Assembly (NCBI GenBank): GCA_905178155.1
Contig: CAJINV010000004.1
Span: forward strand, 10,337,655 to 10,401,654
Length of the DNA: 64,000 bases
Reading direction: 5' to 3'
From: Amoebophrya sp. A120
Taxonomy: Eukaryota; Protista; Dinoflagellata
The stretch's first letter is position 1; the number at the start of each line of letters is the position of its first letter. Below are positions 61,401-64,000 of this stretch, piece after piece. Under the pieces are notes generated by a model that was not told where the DNA came from, did not search any database, and saw nothing but the letters and a program-made list of their open reading frames with translations. The position numbers were made by a program, and so were the translations under genes.

Positions 61401-63345
61401 TTGTTCTTTTGCTTCTTGTAGAAATTATGCGGATCCTCCTCTTCCTCCCTCTCCAGAGCGTAGTACTGCCCTCTACACCGGAAATCCTCCAGCAAGTAGC
61501 CTTCGTCACAAGAGACGCAATCCACGCCGCCGTGCAGCAAGCAAGTGTTCCCGACCGCGCCTCTTCCATTTGCGCAGCTGCTGCAGACATTCTGCTGGCA
61601 CGAGTTTGTCTTCAGATCGTAGTAGGTCCCCGGGGAGACCAGGCTGCAGTCCAGGCGTTCGCACGCTTTTTTCAGGGAAGAGACCGGGAAGCAGGAGCCA
61701 TTTTCCTGTGGTTGAATTGTGGGATTTTCTGGACTAGTCTACAAAAGAAGTAATCGCAACACAAATGCAGGTAGATGATCCGAAACATCATGAAATGCAA
61801 ATTGTAATGGGCTGCTCACGCTAAGGACATCAACACCTCATATTTGCATCACTTACCAGCATCGGCACGGTGAGGGCCCCGGCGGACTTCCTCCCCGTAG
61901 CTGCTGCCAAATTTTCCACCGACTCGCTGTGGCCCAGAAAAGCGTTGCAGGAACAGCGGTTCATCGGATCTGGCCCTACAAAGCTGCACGCTGTCGTCCC
62001 GTCGTACAGCTCTGTTTCGACCTCTCTCGACGAGTCGCAGAAGAGCGCGTTCGTGGTTATTGCACTACCAGTACCTGCTCCAAGCGGCCTGGCGCTCATC
62101 GAGGTGGACAGCAGAATCGCGCCGTTGATCGATGCCTGCCTGCTGGCATCCACACAGACAGTACTGGTCCTACTTTTCATCGTTGACGACTCACTTTCTG
62201 TTCCGGAAACAGAGCTCGTTGTTCGGAGAATATACCCCGCGGCACAGGAAAGACACTCGTGGCCGCCATTCGCCGAACATGCGGGGGAGGAGGACGCGCT
62301 TCGCGGTGCACCGTCAGTGCAGTGACAGATGTTGGGTACGCAGTAGGGAGCCTCGCCGGCGGTGCTTCCGGCGGCAAGGGCTACTGGGCCGTGAAAGCCG
62401 GCGTGGCACGACTTGCAAGCAATGCGGAGGGAGGAGCTGGAGGCGACGGATTTGTAGGTGTCCAGGGCGGAGGACGTTCTTGCGGTACTGTCACTAAAAA
62501 CCTCGTGCTGGGACGTGCTTGTTAACGCTGCCTCTCCCCGACCACCTCTCGAATCATCTATTTCCAGCAACGAAACTTTGCTTGGATCCGGCTGGTAGAA
62601 CAGGTCGGCTAAGGTCGACGAAGGTTTTTTTCGTCCGTAGTTCTCCAACGACGTACTAGAACTTGCACGACCTCCCGGTGCGCTACTACGATCTCCTCCG
62701 GAAAAATTACCACCGCCGATCGCGAAGCTCTGGGCCCAAATCTCCACACACTCCTTACTATCCGCAGGTTCGCCGCCCGGGCAGGCACACGTCGCCGGGG
62801 CGCAGGTCTCCGTGCGGGCGTCGAAGTAGTGGCCGGCATTGCAGGTCACGGTCTTGTCGCACCGATGCTCGTTGTGCGCGAGACACTGTTTTCCCACCGC
62901 GGCCTTGTCGCCCTGCTCGCAGGTGCAGATGTTCGGAGTGCAGATGGACTCTGCATTTGTCGCTGATGAAATGCCGTCTTGTGCCGAAGATCCTTCTTGT
63001 AGTAGCAGTGCTGTTCCACTTGCAGTTCCGGTAACAGGAGAAGAACTGTCAACGTTCCTCCTCTCTAAGTGAAACCCCGCGTCGCAGCTTTCGCACTGCC
63101 TGGCTGCGCGGGAACTGCAGGCCGGACCCTTTGCTCCAAATCCATTCTCGCAACTGCACTCGTTCTGCTGGCAGCTCCGCGTCATGACGCTAGTGGACGA
63201 CGCATCTTCGGTCTCCACCTGCAGAAAAAAACCCGCGTCGCAGCTGACACAGAACTCGAGGTTGCGCGCCGGACAGGTAATTTGCGTCTGGCCGGAGACC
63301 GCCGCTTCCCCGTTTGCGCAAGAGCACGTATTAGGATACTCGGCA
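37458..63345 (-). CDS. Giant multidomain Cys-rich extracellular/adhesin-like protein (EGF-like Cys repeats, PAN/Apple, WSC, SRCR, F5/8C-like, ShK-like); 21 introners and at least 3 other introns; 5' end outside window
   Basis: All 21 introner junctions and two GT-AG introns give one continuous frame by hand translation; the join across 45700-47760 is unresolved. Motifs: WGSVCGNEADDNAADMMCRQAG (SRCR), HMGCFDSD...AECREWC...YFAVGASDCFC (WSC), EECTAECE...CESFEYS...HCIL (PAN), TCPRSCGMC (ShK-like). Confidence 0.75.
37804..38091. mobile_element. Degenerate introner, family D ends (288 bp), TSD CCATC/TCATT
   Basis: tatcctttgcaaaag / cttttgcaatgcata; AT-rich interior; frame restored. Confidence 0.75.
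38450..38665. mobile_element. Introner family F (216 bp), TSD TCCTC
   Basis: tatcacgagaaaaaagtgt / acacttttttctcatgata; frame restored. Confidence 0.9.
39117..39378. mobile_element. Introner family A (262 bp), TSD GTCCG
   Basis: Family A TIRs; frame restored. Confidence 0.92.
39428..39738. mobile_element. Introner family E (311 bp), TSD ACAGG
   Basis: tatcaaatggaaaaatccccc.tccccatatc / gatatggggagggggg.tttttcactttgata; frame restored. Confidence 0.92.
41248..41729. mobile_element. Introner family D carrying a nested 312-bp insert, TSD CGTGA
   Basis: Family D TIRs; insert 41350-41661 flanked by 17-bp direct repeat attccatttgtcatgct; frame restored. Confidence 0.88.
41771..42031. mobile_element. 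Introner family A (261 bp), TSD CAGCC
   Basis: Family A TIRs; frame restored. Confidence 0.92.
42310..43302. mobile_element. Introner family A enlarged by a nested 725-bp element, TSD CCCCC/TCCCC
   Basis: Family A TIRs; the two halves align to 41771-42031; frame restored with 5-bp TSD. Confidence 0.88.
42497..43221. mobile_element. Asymmetric-IR element copy 2, nested in an introner
   Basis: gtagtgaggtc (42520-42530) / gacctcactac (43212-43222); ccgccgaggcgg hairpin near left end; CATAC on both sides. Confidence 0.8.
43903..44111. mobile_element. Introner family F (209 bp), TSD TCTGT
   Basis: tatcgtgagaaaaaagtgtttcactgtaa / ttacagtgaaacagttttttcttgcgata; frame restored. Confidence 0.92.
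44165..44428. mobile_element. Introner family A (264 bp), TSD GAAGT/GAAAT
   Basis: Family A TIRs; frame restored. Confidence 0.9.
44469..44677. mobile_element. Introner, F-like family (209 bp), TSD CCCCT/TCCCT
   Basis: tatccaagaaaaaaa / tttttttcttggata; frame restored. Confidence 0.88.
45815..47681. mobile_element. Long-TIR element (arms at least 589 bp) with unassembled interior, TSD CAAGA (or ACAAGAT)
   Basis: 45815-46403 and 47093-47681 are near-perfect reverse complements around a 689-N gap. Confidence 0.75.
46404..47092. other. Assembly gap (689 N)
   Basis: Run of n. Confidence 1.
48360..48622. mobile_element. Introner family A (263 bp), TSD CGCCA
   Basis: Family A TIRs; frame restored (DDMA|KAKAN). 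Confidence 0.92.
49191..49514. mobile_element. Introner family E (324 bp), TSD CTTCG
   Basis: Family E TIRs; frame restored. Confidence 0.92.
50420..50699. mobile_element. Introner family B (280 bp), TSD CGGCT
   Basis: Perfect TIR tatcctgagtaaaaacgtacccacaccatagt; frame restored (CRQA|GFADG). Confidence 0.93.
51481..51634 (-). other. Canonical GT-AG intron (154 bp)
   Basis: ACAGAG|gtaagt...ttacag|CAAAAC in frame. Confidence 0.8.
52761..53028. mobile_element. Introner family A (268 bp), TSD CGGTG
   Basis: Family A TIRs; frame restored. Confidence 0.92.
54053..54374. mobile_element. Introner family E (322 bp), TSD GTCGG
   Basis: Close paralog of 49191-49514; frame restored. Confidence 0.92.
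54431..54710. mobile_element. Introner family B (280 bp, opposite orientation to 5889 and 50420), TSD ACCGT
   Basis: Family B TIRs; frame restored. Confidence 0.92.
55402..55546. mobile_element. Introner family D (145 bp), TSD CGTTT
   Basis: Close paralog of 3312-3457; frame restored. Confidence 0.92.
55616..55768. mobile_element. Introner family D (153 bp), TSD GGGCC
   Basis: Family D TIRs; frame restored. Confidence 0.92.
56189..56427. mobile_element. Introner family C (239 bp, inverted relative to 9105), TSD TCGGA
   Basis: Family C TIRs; frame restored. Confidence 0.92.
57642..57895. mobile_element. Introner family A (254 bp), TSD ACCCG
   Basis: Family A TIRs; frame restored. Confidence 0.9.
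58107..58370. mobile_element. Introner family A (264 bp), TSD ACGAA
   Basis: Family A TIRs; frame restored. Confidence 0.92.
61706..61856 (-). other. Canonical GT-AG intron (151 bp)
   Basis: ATGCTG|gtaagt...ccacag|GAAAAT joins 61830-63536 to the frame of 58217-61540. Confidence 0.8.
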
Positions 63346-64000
63346 TACCGTAATAAGCGGCTAAAGTGGTAACTCTTTCCGAGCCACAAAACAAAAAAGC
63401 TATTGCGTCGCGCCGTGCGTGGTCCCCATAACACGAGCAGAAATGAAAACCCTTGCGCCAGGGCGAGGCGCCCCCTTTCTATTCTTGCGGAAAAAAGCCA
63501 AAGCTTCAAAGCGCTCCCTTTGCGGAAAAAAACCAAAGCTTCATCAAAGGACTAGCTTCCTATTTACGCGCTCAAATAGGATATCTATTTCTATGCTTTT
63601 CGAAAATGCAAAAACATAAGCTCCCTAATGGCCCGCGCCATTAGGGAACTGCTTCAGAGTTTTTGCATTTCCACTTGCGCATCATCGAGTGAAAAAAACC
63701 CAAAATCTCGAGCCATAAGTTCCCTAGTTGCACGTGCCAATAGGGAACTTATGTTTTTCGAAAATGCAAAAACATAAGCTCCACTTATGCCTCAGACTTT
63801 TTGCATTTTCGCATGATGGAGTGAAAAAAAAGAAAAACCCAAAATCTCGAGCCATAAGTTCCCTAGTTGCGCGTGCCAATAGGGAACTTATGTTTTTCGA
63901 AAATGCAAAAACATAAGTTCCCTAATGGCACGTGCCATTAGGGAACTTATGCCTCAGAGTTTTTGCATTTGCGCATCATCGTCATCGAGTGAATAAAACG
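63346..64000. repeat. Probable end of a larger repeat element (starts TACCG) with tandem palindromic subrepeats
   Basis: Cys-rich coding pattern stops at ~63345; repeated units cataagttcccta-N14-tagggaacttatg and tttcgaaaatgcaaaaacataag in 63590-63960. Confidence 0.6.

Noticed and set aside
63590-63960. CRISPR-like array of palindromic repeats
   Set aside because: Linkers are themselves repeated rather than unique spacers; no cas genes; eukaryotic context.

Overview
Eukaryotic, protist-like DNA with all recognisable genes on the minus strand. The dominant feature is about 31 short (145-325 bp) non-autonomous elements in at least six unrelated sequence families. Each has terminal inverted repeats reading TAT...ATA (one copy starts CAT) and a 5-bp target-site duplication (TSD), and each sits inside coding sequence. 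At every junction I translated by hand, removing the element plus one TSD copy restores the host reading frame, and none can be read as GT-AG. They therefore look like transposon-derived non-canonical introns (introners), matching the architecture published for the parasitic dinoflagellate Amoebophrya; that taxonomic assignment is inference. All families share a TAY-N(4-6)-R-N-AAAA terminus and a repeated internal GCAT(G/T/C)ACA(A/G) motif, which points to one common trans-acting machinery. Host genes are a ~26-kb multidomain Cys-rich surface or secreted protein gene (PAN/Apple, WSC, SRCR, ShK-like, EGF-like; 21 introners), a pentapeptide-repeat gene and low-complexity protein genes. Also present: a 5'-truncated RTE-like LINE, larger TIR elements, elements nested inside introners, a 1.46-kb dispersed gene-fragment duplication and a 689-N gap inside a long-TIR element. 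No transposase gene is visible.
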